The position numbers and the translations under genes are program-made. Below the pieces are notes generated by a model. The model was not told the origin of the DNA, searched no databases, and saw only the letters and a list, made by a program, of their open reading frames with translations. Below are positions 55,546 to 55,764 of a stretch of DNA of 55,764 bases, piece after piece. The stretch is from a virus (Duplodnaviria > Caudoviricetes). The stretch's first letter is position 1, and the number at the start of each line of letters is the position of its first letter. Where the stretch lies: positions 1 to 55,764 of the IMG/VR virus record IMGVR_UViG_3300020201_000022, one strand, 5' to 3'.

Positions 55546-55752
55546 GGATTTGTCCTGCCGCTTTGGCCCTCGCGGTGGCCGGTTTTTTGACCAACGCAAC
55601 GCAGCCGCCACACTCACCAGCGTTGTGCCACCGATTGTTTCGACGGTTTGCTTGATCTCGCCGCGATCAATTGCGTGACGCAATCCACCGCGACCGATCC
55701 CGGCGGCCTGAGCCGTCTCAGTGATCGTGCCGTACTTCGTTGGATCAATCAT
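55540..55752 (-). CDS. HTH cassette gene, inverted copy of 41540-41752
   Basis: 55764-55653 identical to 41528-41639; two aa differences overall. Confidence 0.85.
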   Translation of the reverse strand: MIDPTKYGTITETAQAAGIGRGGLRHAIDRGEIKQTVETIGGTTLVSVAAALRWSKNRPPRGPKRQDKSE

Positions 55753-55764
55753 TAATAGCTCATC

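Larger units (their letters stand above)
47197..55764. mobile_element. Second phage-like element: holin-HNH-TerS (+) converging with a tail module, RusA and an integron remnant (-); no TerL, portal, capsid or tube gene seen
   Basis: Gene content; paralogs of phage A genes; heptamer repeats found only here. Confidence 0.7.

Noticed and set aside
1-55764. tRNA/rRNA genes and alternative genetic code
   Set aside because: None recognised by eye; long ORFs are intact in code 11 with all three stop codons used. tRNAscan would be needed to exclude tRNAs.

Overview
The window holds a near-complete, probably circular ~47.07-kb tailed-phage genome. Bases 1-127 recur exactly at 47070-47196. About 8.6 kb of a second, related phage-like element follows (47197-55764). 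The host is probably a planctomycete, inferred from attC style and protein features only. Phage A has a Mu-like head gene set (terminases, protease/scaffold, decoration, capsid, gp36-like, virion morphogenesis) and a short tail module. It also has RecE/RecT, a replication initiator, RusA and a subtilase-containing lysis-position module. No integrase, transposase or repressor is recognisable. Main findings: (1) A phage-borne integron-like array at 38.7-43.1 kb with seven 84-86 bp attC sites. All cassette genes lie antisense to the attC polarity. An attI-like end site is conserved in both elements, and likely deleted intI remnants sit beside it. (2) A portal protein fused to a ParB-like domain and an ART-like tip, followed by a duplicated cassette carrying an alternative zeta-toxin tip and a putative immunity gene. 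(3) A MuF protein fused to a DarB-like methylase-helicase. (4) Inside that gene, a 36-bp repeat / 36-bp self-derived insert / 36-bp repeat with TTC beside the source, resembling an off-target Cas1-Cas2 integration scar. (5) An Erv1/Alr-like sulfhydryl oxidase next to a Cys-rich virion protein, present in both elements. All product calls come from visual motif recognition; no searches were run.
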